NCBI RefSeq assembly: GCF_006345805.1
Contig: NC_043004.1
Span: 8,928,001 to 8,992,000, forward strand
Origin: Octopus sinensis
Taxonomy: Eukaryota
Direction of reading: 5' to 3'
Length of the DNA stretch: 64,000 bases
The notes beneath the pieces were generated by a model. It saw nothing but the letters and a program-made list of their open reading frames with translations. It had not been told where the DNA came from and did not search any database. Shown in pieces: positions 22,503-36,381 of this stretch. Position 1 is the stretch's first letter, and every line of letters starts with the position of its first letter. The translations under genes and the position numbers were made by a program.

Positions 22503-24096
22503 ATGTGTGCGTGTGTGTGTGTGTGTATGATACATGCATAGATGCATATATAAAACAAATACATAAATTATGTAAAGTTTATTATATTATTTATAAAGTA
22601 TATTCTTATGAATGTATGTCGATCTATAAACACAATATTATATACATACACGCATATATCAATGCGTGCATTTATATATACACACACACATAGAATAATG
22701 TATGTGAATGTGCATAAATAAATGAACGCACACACGGAAGTCATTTAAAATACGTTTTCTAAACATGTATCTAGTCTCGCTGTGCCAACGCAAACAGAAC
22801 CCCCGTGGACGAAGCAGAGAAGCTCCGTTCGTTCGAAAGAAGGATCAAACTCGCTACATTTGTCTTCCTTTACCTCTTCTTCCAGCTCTGCCGCAATTTA
22901 GAAACTGGCAACTTCATATAAAAATATGTAAACAATATTATGGCAAGCATAGCGATATTTTTATAACAAAGCTCAAGCGATTTATCACCGTGGAGAATTT
23001 TGCACAACAACATTCAATTTGCGTTTATCAAGGGTATGACTTCACTATAGAAGGCGGTCGAAAAAGCCAGCTTCTATATATGGTTGAAGCGGGAGGACCA
23101 AAACTGGCTTGAAAGTAATAACATGCCGGCAGAAAAATAGCATCACTAGGTGAGACAAGATGACACTGAATTAGCCTCGCTGATTGATAGGCGACAGTCT
23201 CGTTCAGAAAATGCGTGGGCTAAGGCTACGCACCTTCCTTGGTCAGATAAAGTTGAGACAGTGTCACGTGATAACTTGCTGGGGCTGTTTGCTGGAGGAT
23301 AGTGACAGGTATTTAAAGGAAAATTTGAGAGGACAGTTAGTTGCCCGCTCACACTCGTTGACGCTACATCGAAGAGGTCAGGGAACAGAAGAAAGAAGAA
23401 GAAAGAAGACATGCACCCAACACCAGAGCTGAAGACACCCCCGAAAGTGGGGGCCCCGCCACGTCAAAACGGTAGAGGAATAGGGGCCGAAACCGTACGT
23501 GGTTCCTTCTGATGATGTCTTGAGCTAACTGGATCCTATCAAGGAGCTGTTGTGGTAGCAGACCACGAAACACGGTTGAAATTCGTACTATTACGAAATT
23601 TATATATTCCTGGTTATCAAGCATTTACCGTGACATAAATTTCATTATACCTACCATCATTTATCTACGTATTTCTATCTGGAGCTGTAAGCTAATAAAG
23701 TTCAGTAGCTTAGGAAAATAATTAAAGCAATCACTGGTGAATCTTTAAAGTGAAACAAAACTTGCTCGATCGATCTCCACATTTCTATGACGAAACCTCC
23801 ATAGGTTATCTACCAGTTCATATTTCACGGGGAGATAAAATATATGATGAATATATCGAACGGGATCACTGTCTACGTGGTTGTTTCTAACCATATAGAC
23901 TTAGTACAATAGTAATTAACACGTGAACAAAGTTACACACACGCACAAGGACACCGACCCACACATGCACACGCACAAACACAGGTACGCACACACATAT
24001 AGACATACATACACATCCCTGCCAACGCGCCTTATATATTCAGCTCAGACACACGAAGATATTACGTATACGTTACTGTATAAAAACATACATATA

Positions 24097-24937
24097 CGTG
24101 GTCTGATCAATAAGTATCCGGACTGTTGCCATAGTAACGAAGCTAAAGCACTCAAAGTGAAGCCGTTTGTGCATGCGCACTAAGTTTTAACATTCTAGCA
24201 AACTTCCGCTGTTTACAGCAGTGTTTGGAAAGGTGTGGAGCGTGTGATTGCCGCATTAACAATGACAGAGAAAGTTGAGCCGAGAATCTGCATCAAAGTT
24301 TGCCAAAAGCTTGACGATACCTGCTCAGAGGCCTACGCAAAGTTTCCAAAAAGTTTTCATCGTTCTTGACACAATCAAGGAGAACTCCAAATGAAACCCG
24401 AGTGTCTTTTTGACAGTTTTGGCACAAACTTGGAAGACAGGTATCTCATATGCAAATCTTCATCGATAATGGACTGAACTGAACCGCACATCCTCAGATA
24501 ACTCACGGATGGTGATTCGACAATTTCCCCCTCACAGCTGCACGCACATCTGCGATGTTCTTCTCAGTTCTGCTGGATGTGGGTCTCTCAGAACGTTCGT
24601 CAATATCGACCTTTTTTCGGCCATCTTGGAAACGTCTGGACCACTCGTGCACTTGTGTGTGGATCATAGACTCCTCTCCATACACTTTCTGTAACTTTGC
24701 GTCGGCCTCTGAGCAGGTATCGCCATGACAACTTTCTGTCATGGTCAATGCAGCGATCACATGCTACACACCTTCCTTCCAAGCACTGCTGTAAACAGCG
24801 GAAGTGAGATAGAACGCCAAAACTTAGTGCGGTGGCACAGCGGAGTCCAAGGTCAATCTGTGTCAAAACAGCTTTACTCTGCGTGCTTTAATTTCGTTAT
24901 TATGGCAACAGTCCGGATACTTATTGATCAGACTTCA
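24097..24937. mobile_element. Non-autonomous mariner derivative made of two inverted left ends
   Basis: TA-flanked ~65-bp TIRs (gtctgatcaataagtatccggactgttgccata); both ends continue into the same 5'UTR and transposase start (MTEKVEPRICIK on plus; MTES..QKVYGEESM..VHEWSRRFQDGR..DERSERP on minus). Confidence 0.9.
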
Positions 24938-24959
24938 TATGCTAATATATATATTCTTT

Positions 24960-25360
24960 TTTTCCTATTGCTTGTTTCAGTAATTTTGACCGTGGCCATG
25001 CTGGAGCACCGCTTTTAGTCGAAGAAAGCGACCCCTGAACATATTCTTTGTAAGCCTCGTACTTATTCTATCAGTACTTTTGCCGAACCATTAAGTTACG
25101 GGGACGTAAACACGCCAATATCGATTGTCAAGCGATGGTGGGGGTACAAGCACAGATATACAAACACATATATATATATATATAAAAATATATATACGAC
25201 GGGCTCCTTTCAGTTTCCGTCTACCAAATCCACTCACAAGCCTTTGGTCGGCCCGTGGCTATAGTAGAAGACACTTGCGTAAGGTGCCAGGCTGTGGGAC
25301 TGAACCCGGAACCATGTAGTTGGTAAGCAAGCTACTTATCACACAGCCACTCCTGCGCTA
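24960..25360 (-). mobile_element. SINE family A, near full length
   Basis: Head, internal microsatellite, body and tail in reverse complement. Confidence 0.85.
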
Positions 25361-25644
25361 CCGACACAGTCACGTCTGTGCCATCCACACAGTCCCGCAT
25401 ATATATATATATGAATGGATGTGTGTATTTTTCTCTAATAAGATTACATTGTTTTACACCATTTTATTCCTTTCGGAATAATACCAATGTTGTCTTCGAA
25501 ACATATGTCGGAAGTAAAAGAATTTAACTCCATATATATATATATATGCATGGGAAACAAGCTTCTTACCACATAGCCACGCACATTATCTATGCATCCA
25601 TCCATCCATCTATACTCATACCTTTACACACACACACACACACA

Positions 25645-25693
<49 letters not shown>

Positions 25694-27179
25694 TAGATAT
25701 CTTTCCAAATAGCTACTCTCTCCTATCTTAATGCTGTTCTCTTCAAGATGGAAGCAGTGGCATTATTGTAAAACTCTTTCATTTGTAGATCTTTGTGTTC
25801 GACTCGAAGTTCGGAGTCCTGTCCATTCAGTGAGCAAGAAAGTCAGTATTTAGTTATCTCAGCATAAATAGTGAACCACGTGGTATAGAGGGAACTTCTG
25901 TGCGGATAATAATACTTCTGAGAATGAAAAAAAAAAAGGAAAACAATCGAATCTCCCTTAGATCCTTCATTATCTTTATAATAAAAGAAGGACACACTGG
26001 ATAATATTGCTCTCATTGCACACCAAAATATCGACTTGAACATTTTTTGTTTACAAGCCTTCTAGATTAGGGTGGAACGGGCTCAAGACCATGATATTGA
26101 TATCTAGAACTAAACTGTGGATTAAGAAGGCAAATACTCTGTCTGTCTGTCTGACGCTCTCGCTTTCTTTCTCTCTCTCCCCCTCTCCCCCCTCTCTCTC
26201 ACACACATATATACATACTCTTACACACATTATATAAATACTCACACAAGTATTCAATTTTATACTGCACACTTATACTGATATTTCGAAGATTTTCATT
26301 CATCATATCTCAAATATAAAATGGCGTTCTAGTTTTTCACTTTATAAGCCAATCGAAAAAAAAAGGCCAAAAGTTGACATCTAAACGACGATGTGGCTTT
26401 TTTTTTAACTCTCTCAGAAACTTCTTTCTTGAAGCTCTCCCCGCATTCCCTCATATAACTTTCCAAACAATATTCCAATTAGCTGGTGAAATATATCGAT
26501 GTTTTTGTAAGATTTATCTCAATCGCAGAGAAAATTTCTACATTTGTATTTCACGATAGGTGACATCTCGATTCGTAATTAAATACTTTTCTCCCCTGCT
26601 GGAATACATATTTACACGGTTCTCAATCCACCTGTCTTCATCTCTCCTAACATATCGCTTGCTCCAATGAATTTAAACATGTCTATTCCTCGTGTTTCGC
26701 TGAAACCAAATCTGTTTCTTTAAGACCACTTCAAACTTTGCTTTTAATATTCGTGTTTCTTATGACACGCTCTTTGCTCCATTTCAGACCCGCTGCCACT
26801 CGCCGCCTCCCTACTTTTCTTGATAACCATCTTCAGATCCAGAAATACATTGTATCTTCCGGATTGTTTGTTTCTGAGACGATCACATTCTTTTCAACCA
26901 GCTTACTCTCTCTATTACACTCGATGTACATACGTATTACACACACACACACAGACACACACGCATGCACACACACACAGACACACACGCATGCACACAC
27001 ACACACACACACATATAATTATAATTTTCTTTCGAAAAACAGCGTAGAAGTACTCAAGTCGAACCTGTGTGTGTGTACACCTCTCTCTCTCTTTCTTTCT
27101 CTCTCTCTCTCTCTCACACACATATATATATGTATGTATGTATGTATGAATGTATACAAGAACGACTGTGTGTTTAATA

Positions 27180-27405
27180 ACTTTTCTTTCCAACCACACG
27201 GATTCAAGTTCAACCCTGCTGCGTGGCACATTGAGCAGGTGACTTCAATTACACACACACACACTCATATACGACGGGCTTCTTTCAATTTCCGTCTACC
27301 AAATCTACTCAAAGCGCTTTGGTCGGTCCGAGACTATAGTAGAAGACAAGGTGCCACGCCGTGGGACTGAACAAGGAACCATATGGTTGGGAATCAAGCT
27401 TCTAT
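27180..27405. mobile_element. Two convergent SINE family A heads
   Basis: Plus-strand head at 27180-27250 and minus-strand head at 27268-27405. Confidence 0.65.
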
Positions 27406-27406
27406 C

Positions 27407-27447
<41 letters not shown>

Positions 27448-27512
27448 ACACACATACACTCACACGCACACACATACACACATACACATATATTTGTATA
27501 TAGATATGTATA

Positions 27513-27556
<44 letters not shown>

Positions 27557-28466
27557 CTGTATACCATATATATATATATATATATGTATGTATTCCTATG
27601 CACATGTATGTACATATATAAATATATACACTCATACATATACATACAAAAATACGCACACACATTAAACACACATAGACACACACAGACACATATAAAT
27701 AGATATCCGCTTGCACGTACTCAAACACGTATATATGTATACATACTCTATGCTATGTCTTACGTGAGTAAACATTAAAACTGAGTATACACGCTTGAGG
27801 TACTGAATGTGCTGGTCGTTATACGTGTAAGCAGTATATTTTCGCACACAAAAACATGAGCATTCACAGCCATACATAGACACATACACATATATACACA
27901 TCCACATAAACACATAAATATAATACTACCGTTCTATTTATGATGTTTGCCGCCATCAACTTGGCAAGTGAAAATGTAAATAGATGTCAAGATCGAATGT
28001 TTCATTCTTGGAAGAATTTTAGTAAAAGGAACCGAACAAAAATATTTAGTTTCGGTCTACAATCTCTTTCGATCTCTCCGTTTTTTTTAAAAACCTCGTG
28101 TCCATTTATTTTGTCATTTAATCAAATATAAACACTACACTAAACACACACGTGCACATTCATACAGGCATACATACTCATGACTTCATATCTCTTAGGA
28201 TACGTACCGACCCGTCTGGAGCAAAATATCGTTCAGCTTAGGTTGTTGGGGAAGAAAATGAAATGCCTTATACTACAAATGATCCCGTTATCAGGGACAA
28301 TACAAAATCCCCGAAACCTTCTTAAGATTTAAAAGATGATGAACAAAACAAGGTGCTTTCTGTTACAACTTAGTAGGTGGCCGGTTAGAATTAACCCTAA
28401 ATTAAAAAGAGGATAAGAAAACTACATACATACACATGCATACACATACATACATACACTACATAC

Positions 28467-28553
<87 letters not shown>

Positions 28554-28554
28554 C

Positions 28555-28745
28555 GGGAAGCTTATGAAAATAACAAAAAGACGAAGGCAGGTGGAAAACA
28601 AACGAACAATTGTATTAGTATGGCGCTCAGGAAATATAAATAAAACAAGTCTTTCACGTTTCGAGCCTACGCTCTTCAACAGAAAGATACACAGAGAGAG
28701 AAAAACACAGAAAGAAGGAGAGAAAAAAAATGCGTGCAGTAGCTA
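28555..28745 (-). mobile_element. Penelope-LTR-like unit with hammerhead motif (CUGUUGA family)
   Basis: Minus strand 28650-28687: ucuuu-CUGUUGA-A-GAGC-guag-GCUC-GAA-ACGU-G-aaaga; homologous to 2495-2640. Confidence 0.65.
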
Positions 28746-28859
28746 ACGAAAACATGGCGATCTGATTTCGGCCAGAGGTCAAAGATCAAACATGAGACGC
28801 GAGAGCGAAATAAGGGGAGATAATAGGGTTGATAAAAGGGTGAGGGACCAGCTAAAAGT

Positions 28860-28916
28860 GCGTGGGAGGGGTCTGGATGTGTGTATGTATAGGGTTGGTG
28901 TATGTATTAGTATGAT

Positions 28917-28947
<31 letters not shown>

Positions 28948-29190
28948 GTGTGTATGAGAGAGTATTAGTGCGTAAGATTGGTTTGGACGTGCGTATGTAT
29001 GGGGTTGGTGTATGTATTAGTATGTATTAGTATGTATTAGTACGTATTGGTATGTATAGGTGTGTGTGTGTGTGTGTGTGAGAGAGTATAAGTGCGTATG
29101 CGGGGTCTGGACGTGTGTATGTATAGGGTTGGTGTAAGTATTAGTATGTACTAGTATGTATTAGTACGTATAGTATGTATTAGTTGGTGT
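28860..29190. repeat. Three-copy ~115-bp minisatellite with nested 10-mer
   Basis: (ggggtc)tggacgtgtgtatgtatagggttggtgtatgtattagtatg at about 28868, 28981 and 29102; inner (gtattagtat)n and (GT)n. Confidence 0.8.
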
Positions 29191-29234
29191 GTGTATTAGT
29201 ATGGCACATCATATGTGATGTGATGTGTAAAGTC

Positions 29235-29580
29235 ATGTGGTGTAGTGAGGAGAAGAGGGGGAGGGGGAGGGGAGAAGAGGGGGGGGAGAAGGGGAGGGGA
29301 AGAAGAGGGGGAGGAGAAGGGGGAAGAGGAGAGGATGGGGGAGAAGGAAGGAGAGGAGGGGGATGAAGGAGGAAAGAGGGAGAGGGGGGAGAGGGAGTGA
29401 GGGAGCAGAGGGAAGGGGAAGAGGGAGGGAGAAAGAGGGAAGAAGGGAAGGAGTAGGGGTGAAAGGATGAAGGACTGAAGAAGTAGGGGTCGGGGGAGAA
29501 AGGATAGGTGAGGAGGGGGGAGAGGGGGGTAGATGAGGGAGGGGAGAGAGGGGGTTAGATGAGGAGGGGGGGAGAGTTGA
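29235..29580. repeat. G/A-rich polypurine low-complexity tract
   Basis: Almost pure G and A with many runs of 3 or more G. Confidence 0.9.
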
Positions 29581-30389
29581 GACAAATGGCGTATAAGAGC
29601 GAAGAGAGAAGATTAATTCCTGTTCACGGCGCAAACGGGAATCCGGATGGCCTCTGTGTAAGGACAACCGAACACACAGATAGGTGTTGCAAGGAGTGAC
29701 CGGTGGAGCGGAAATGGCGTGAGACCGGTGTGTCGTTCGCAAGGTGGATGTCACGAAGGTGTTCCGCATATACGAGAAAGAAGCAACAAGAATGGATTAG
29801 TTTTTAGTACAATTGTTTCATACAAAGACAGGCTTTATTACAAGTTGCAAAAATTGCAGCAGATAAAAGTGTCCCGTACTCATCAGCTAAAATACATATG
29901 AGTTCTCTAGACATCTTAGTGGGTGAGGTTATACTCATGAAATATTGGAGATAATTCCATTAGAGGCAGATATAGGTTGTAAACAGTTTTACAAAGTTCC
30001 TTAATGATGATGTACAGTCTTATCACAGATTTTTAAAAACTTATTAGTTTCGAAGAGAAGATGAATCAATTCATAGTGTAGATTTAAATTTCCAGAGATA
30101 TGAGGAGGATGATGCACAGACTTATCACAGGTTTTTAAAGACAGGTATATATATATATACCCACAAACGTCTACAAAACTTGGAAAATAAAATATAAACA
30201 CATATTTCTTTGAAAATAATAAAAAGAGAATTTTTGAGAAAAAAGTTGATCGTCCTTAATCAGTGAGAAACTGTTACAAGAAGAGGGAAATTATAATAAT
30301 TAGCAAAGAATTTGATAACAATCGATCGAATCCACGAAAGAGATGAGGGTTAAATCAATAATATATCAGTAATGTATCAATGATAAGGA

Positions 30390-30590
30390 AGCAAGCTGGC
30401 AGAATTGTTACCACACCGGAAAAATTGCTTAGCGGCATTTCTTCCGTCATTATGTTCTGAGTTGAAGTGCTGCCGAGGTAGACTTTGCCTTTCATCCTTT
30501 CGGGATGAATACAGGAATCGATGTAATCGACTTTCCCCCTCCCCCAGAAATTGCTGGCCTCGTGCCAAACTTTGAAAGTAATATTGTATC
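30390..30590 (+). mobile_element. SINE family B
   Basis: aagctggcagaattgtta..ttctgagtt..gaggtagactttgcctttcatcctttcggg..gtgccaaactttgaaag. Confidence 0.8.
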
Positions 30591-30891
30591 AAAAGTGATT
30601 GATTCCGTCGAGAGCGAAAATATATTCAAAGTAGAAAAGTATCAATAAGAGATTTGGTCGATGGCTATTGGTGCAGAATATTGAGCAGCTCTTGGGGTAC
30701 CATATCGATCTTTACCAGGGAGCTTTTATCAGAAACACACACACATACACACTCGCACATTTATATATATATATATATATATATAAATATATATAGCGGG
30801 ATGGCGTCATTCGAAGGCTAAAACAATGCGAACGCATTGTGACCAGCGATATGTAGCAACATCTGATGATCTGGTCGGTAACGTGATCACA

Positions 30892-30935
<44 letters not shown>

Positions 30936-31092
30936 GGCTGGCCAGGTCGGAGCAATCTCAAGATTAATCAGCCGAAATTGCGAGGATGATCCGGTTCTTG
31001 ACTGAAGATTGAAGGCTTCGAATGTCCCGTCCGTGTTTTTTTATCGTCTTCTAAATGTTTTGGTCCTTGTCCCAGTTTGTATTTTTTTATAC

Positions 31093-31134
<42 letters not shown>

Positions 31135-31859
31135 GTATGTATTCCTATGCACATGTATGTACATATATAAATATATACACTCATATACATATACATACAA
31201 AAATATGTACACACATAAAACACACATAGACATTGCAGAAGCAAGTTTGATACACTCTCAGATTCATACGGATAACACACATATACACACGCGCATACAC
31301 ACACACACACACACACGCGCGCGTGCAAACAAAAATAAAAACAAAGTCAGTCACATGGCAACGACACCGAACCCCTTTGCAGATCAGAATTTCATTCATA
31401 AAACGTATGAACCCTTTGAACTTGTAGCCCCCAAGGTTATTGTCAGAGTAACAAGTACGATGTCAAAAGAGCGTTGACATTGATATTTGATTGCAGGCTG
31501 ACTGAATGACAAGAAATCGTTCGATTCCGTTATTCATGAGAGATGGCCTTCGACTTGATAAAGTTTCTCAGATGATATGGACCGTAGCTTCTTCCTGGGT
31601 CACCATTCTGAAGTTAAATGCATGAAGGGATAGTATTGTCTTTGACAAAATAAAGCATAACAGGGTAACATTATAATGTTTAAAATGGTATGAACTCATT
31701 GGCTTTGTTGAGGAAATCCGAAGGATATGGATTAACTTACAGAAAGACAGAAACATTATATATATAAATGCATATATACACAAATGTGTGCGTGTGTCTA
31801 ATGTGTATGTGTTAACATAGATTTAAGATAAGCTTTGCTACAACCTCAATTTCATATAG

Positions 31860-32640
31860 TGTCAATAACATCAATGCTATCGAGTAGTATCCATTCTCCA
31901 TTACAGTGCTTAAGTTCCCACAATATAAAGCAAAACCCGATACGGCCTGGTGTTCAACAAGAATAGCATTGACCAGTAAAACAACCTACTCTGCGATGAA
32001 CCACAATGGTACAAACATCAACTACGAGCTTTTAAGATGACGTAAAGTTCATTACAAGCACCCTAGGCTTATCTCTTGCGTATCAGGAAATTGTCCTTAA
32101 TATCAGCAAAATAGGGTCCAGTTTAGTTGAAGTCGCCAAGCTCCTTTGGTTGTGTTGCTATAGTTGAAATATAAGCGAAGATGGCTTTAATACTTCTTTA
32201 CTCTGAGAAATAGGGTGATTTTGGTTGCTGCAGCATTCTCAAGGAATGTTAGTGAGTTTTGTACATCACACGGTGGGTAAGTTGTGATAGCAACATCGTC
32301 AGTATAAAAATACCAAATACAGACTCTGTCGACATCTTGGTTATTTCTCTTTGATGATGCGTTTTTCGTTTTGAATCAGGGTCAAGGCTTAGCCTGAGAT
32401 GTTATCCATCACAACTACAAAGAGAAAGAGAGCCTTGAAAGATTCCTGCTTCTGTCGGGAACGTTTAATCGGACTGTTCATGTGCTCTGCAGAAACGTGG
32501 ATGGCCTTCATGAGGGCGATGGCTTTGACAATCTTATTTGGGGTGCCATAGTTCAAAAGGTTATGTAACATGACCTTTTAATGACATTAACAAATACTTC
32601 GGAGAAACCTACAAATACAACCAACGCCATCTACATGGAA
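31860..32640 (-). mobile_element. Decayed RTE-like LINE RT fragment
   Basis: LLNYGTPNKIVKAI..LFLFVVVMD..FYTDDVAI..LGDFN..GPY..RKR*A*GACNEL resembles RTE RT domains 4-7; many frameshifts. Confidence 0.6.
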
Positions 32641-33183
32641 ATTCTGAGCTCTTCGACGATTCTTCTAAGCAGAGTAAACAGTCTTGGTTTAACAGCTTTT
32701 ACTTTGAAGGGAATGCTCATAAAATCTAAATACAGGAAATACTTGATGGAGAAGTTAGCGATGCAAGGAACACATCAAACTGTAACAACTGATACAGACG
32801 TGGAATTAACCTGCATCATATGCGGCTGTCCGAAAGCGCCATCTCAAATGCTGCTCACTTAAAAGCCTGTTGCGTGATAAAAGCAGAATACAATTTGTAG
32901 AAAGGCAGTCCTTAAGGTGTAAATATAAATAGTCGTAGCGACGAAGATAACTCAGCCATAAGACGAAAGAATTCTGAGGAAATATTTCTGTGAAAACCTT
33001 TGTAAAATGTGCGCACAGCAGATGTTAACATAATGCTAATGATAAAAGAAAACGGAAACATACCGAACTAATGATGATGGCGCTACTTATACATCTATCT
33101 ATCTATATATATATACATACATATATATATATATACATACATACATATATATATATATAATATATATATATATATTATATATA

Positions 33184-33216
<33 letters not shown>

Positions 33217-33263
33217 CATACATACATACATGCAAATACACACACGCATATATATATATACAT

Positions 33264-33319
<56 letters not shown>

Positions 33320-33593
33320 TATATATATATATATATATAATATATATATATATGAACATGTGGTTTGAAACACTTGGTGATGTAATTAAATAGCCTAGCT
33401 TTATTCATAAGAAGCTAGGTTTAAGAAACAATTACATATAAAAGAAAAGCAACAAAACGATTCGGCTAATTGGAAAATTACAAGGCTGTAATGGAACGGT
33501 GAAAATATGTAAAACATTCCAGAGGTTTAACCTGTTACACATGTAAAGATATAAATACAAACTCATAACATATACAAATATATAGATGAATGC

Positions 33594-33729
<136 letters not shown>

Positions 33730-33802
33730 GCCTGTCCATGCATATACACACATATATGTATGTATATATATATATATTTATATATATATTATATATAATA
33801 TA

Positions 33803-33882
<80 letters not shown>

Positions 33883-33954
33883 ACACACACATATATGAGC
33901 GTGTATATGCAGTAGTGTGTGCATGCAGGAAGTGCATGCCGCGAAGTGTAGAGC

Positions 33955-35040
33955 TGTGGTAATGTATACGGACACCGGGTGAGCATATAGGCATCACCAG
34001 AGTGTACGGGCAAAAGTGGGTGGTCAGCATCAGAGTGGCAGAGACTGAAACCATGCTGGAGCAACATTGGAATTACATACACAGGACGGAGGGGTCTCGG
34101 TTCTATTTTCAACACCAAGAGAAAGGAGGTCGGCGAGCCAGAGAAAATACGACACCAGGAAGAAAATAGAAGATCAAAAGATGTGGAACGGGTATCCCAG
34201 GGCGCCTGGAGTAAATGGAACTTCTCCGAGGGGTCACAGCTGTAGAGAGTGGAGCCATTCCGCATTTCCTTTCTGCTTCGGATTATGTATGACACACTCC
34301 CTGTACAGATGGGAAATGAAAGTGAAAGAGTTACAGAGACTCCCTGGAGAAAAGGCTACCTGGTGCATATCTTGTCAGAGCGCAAAACATCATTTAGTCA
34401 AGGGCAATACAAGTGGTACCACGACAAGATGCTTGCTACACTAATTCATATCTTGGAACAGAAAAGATACAAGAAATACCAACATCAAGGTGGAACAATA
34501 GAAGCAGTGAAGTTCTTGAAGAAAAGCCAGCGAGGACGGCACAAAGGCCAAATGGGCTACTATACGGGTCCCAATCATAAGATAAGAAAGAAGGTTGTTC
34601 AGAAAACCCTGTGTAGTTTTGTCGTCTGAAAAGGCAATAAAATGTTACTAATCGAGCTTACAGTACCTAGGGGCGAAGCGTGCGATCAAGCGTTGGAAAA
34701 GAAATGTGTCAATTATGAGAAGCTTTTGAAGGATTGCAGGGAGAAAGGATAGCAGTAATGGCTTTTTTCAGTTAGGGTTGGCTGTAGGGGATTCCATGCC
34801 CTGATAGTATGAAGAATACTTACAACTATTGAAATAAGAGACTGCAGAAATTGGAGCGAGAGAGAAAGGTTAAGCTGGAAGTCAGGAAGAGACGGTGAAC
34901 ATTGATTTGGGCAAATCTGTTGACTAATCAACTGGAGAGTGTTACGGTTCAGGGTCGAAAAACCCGATGATGATAGGATATCGTCTAATGAAATCAGTTC
35001 CTCCTGGTCAAAACTACACTCACTAAAGATGAATGAAAAA
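33955..35040 (+). mobile_element. HERO/NeSL-type RLE non-LTR retrotransposon, decayed 3' kb
   Basis: GQKWVVS..MEPFRISFLLRIMYDTLP..LVHILS..QGQYKWYHDKML..LLIELTVP..KCVNYEKL..VRVGCRGF. Confidence 0.85.
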
Positions 35041-35187
35041 GCACCTTCTTTTAGATGTTATCAGTAGCATATCTCTTTCTCACCATCCCTCTCTTTATTT
35101 CTGTATATATATATATATATATGATTGATTGATTGATGATTGATTCTAGTTTCAGCTTATGAGCTGTGGCCATGCTGGGGCACCGCC

Positions 35188-35240
<53 letters not shown>

Positions 35241-35259
35241 TATCCGCCGCGCGTGTGGA

Positions 35260-35520
35260 TATTGTGGAGGCACGTTACTTAATCATTAATGAACGTGCTG
35301 TATGATTAAAGTGTTGGACTCATGAGCCCAAGACTGCCGCTTCGATTCCTGGACTTGGTGTGGCGTTGTGTCCTTGAGCAAAGTACTTCTTTTCACGTTG
35401 CTCCAGTCCACTCAGCAAGCAAAAATGAATAATTCTGTGACGGACCAGCGTCCTGTCTAGGTAAGGAATATAGAAAGGTAAAGAATCCGGGAAAGAAACC
35501 TTATGAGCATATGGCACTCT
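35260..35520 (+). mobile_element. SINE family C/D, 5' part
   Basis: gtggaggcacg..ggactcatgagcccaagactgccgcttcgattcctgg..gtgtccttgagcaaag, a tRNA-like head. Confidence 0.55.
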
Positions 35521-35535
35521 AAGGATCTTTGATCT

Positions 35536-35577
<42 letters not shown>

Positions 35578-36007
35578 AGCTAGGCACAATATAGTACCAT
35601 AAAGGAACAATCTTATCGTCATTCATTGTGACTGGGGGTGCTGATGCACCTATATTGCAAGAGATAATGGTTACATATTGCACCTAGATATTTATATTAA
35701 TTTTTAATACAGACCTTAACATTCTGCTAAATCAGTCATACTGACAGCCAGATTAAGCCAAACCATCGAGCGTTTGAGTAGTCACTACTGACAAGCTTAC
35801 GACGGATAGGCGAAATTTGTCTAGTCTAGTGATCCTAGAGACGCTCAAGGGGCGGTTATTTCCCCTGTCAGTGTATATCAGTGTATATATGTTCCGGGCT
35901 TCTTACAACATCAAGAGTTTTTAACTGTTATTTCTTGTAATATAGGCGCTTTCGTACCCTCAGTCACAATTAGTGACGATAAAATTTTCCTATATATATA
36001 TATATAT

Positions 36008-36330
36008 AGGATCGCGGTTTCGATTCCTAGACCGGCTGTTGTGAGTGTTTATTGAGCGAAAACACCTAAAGCTCCACGAGGCTCCGGCATGGGGTGGTGG
36101 CGAACTCTGTTGTATTCTTCCATCACAACTTTCTTTCACTCTTTCTTCCTGTTTCTGTTGTACCTGTTTTTGAAAGGCCAACCTTTTCACACTCTGTGTC
36201 ACGCTGAATCTCCCCGAGAACTACGTTAAAGGTACACGTGTCTGTGGAGTGCTCAGCCATTTGCATGTTAATTTCAGGGGCAGGCTGTTCCGTTGATCGG
36301 ATCAACTGGAACCCTCGACGTCGGAGTGCC
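36008..36330 (+). mobile_element. SINE family C
   Basis: ggatcgcggtttcgattcctagacc (B-box-like)..ctgtgtcacgctgaatctccccgagaactacg..; similar to 53000-53320. Confidence 0.7.
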
Positions 36331-36347
36331 ACGATATATATATATAA

Positions 36348-36381
<34 letters not shown>

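Noticed and set aside
22765-23620. 115-aa ORF and possible RTE-related fragment (TIEGGRK); CTGAAGA..GAAA near 23430
   Set aside because: Similarity to the RTE C-terminus is too weak to call by eye, and there is no stem II between the core motifs, so it is not an HHR.
26290-26800. Unique island with AAAATGGCG (YY1-like) and CCAAT motifs as a promoter
   Set aside because: Short motifs only, with no linked exon or transcript evidence.
30935-31030. ggctg..cagccGAAA and CTGAAGA as HHR parts
   Set aside because: The elements are in incompatible order or lack partner stems; at best a truncated relic.
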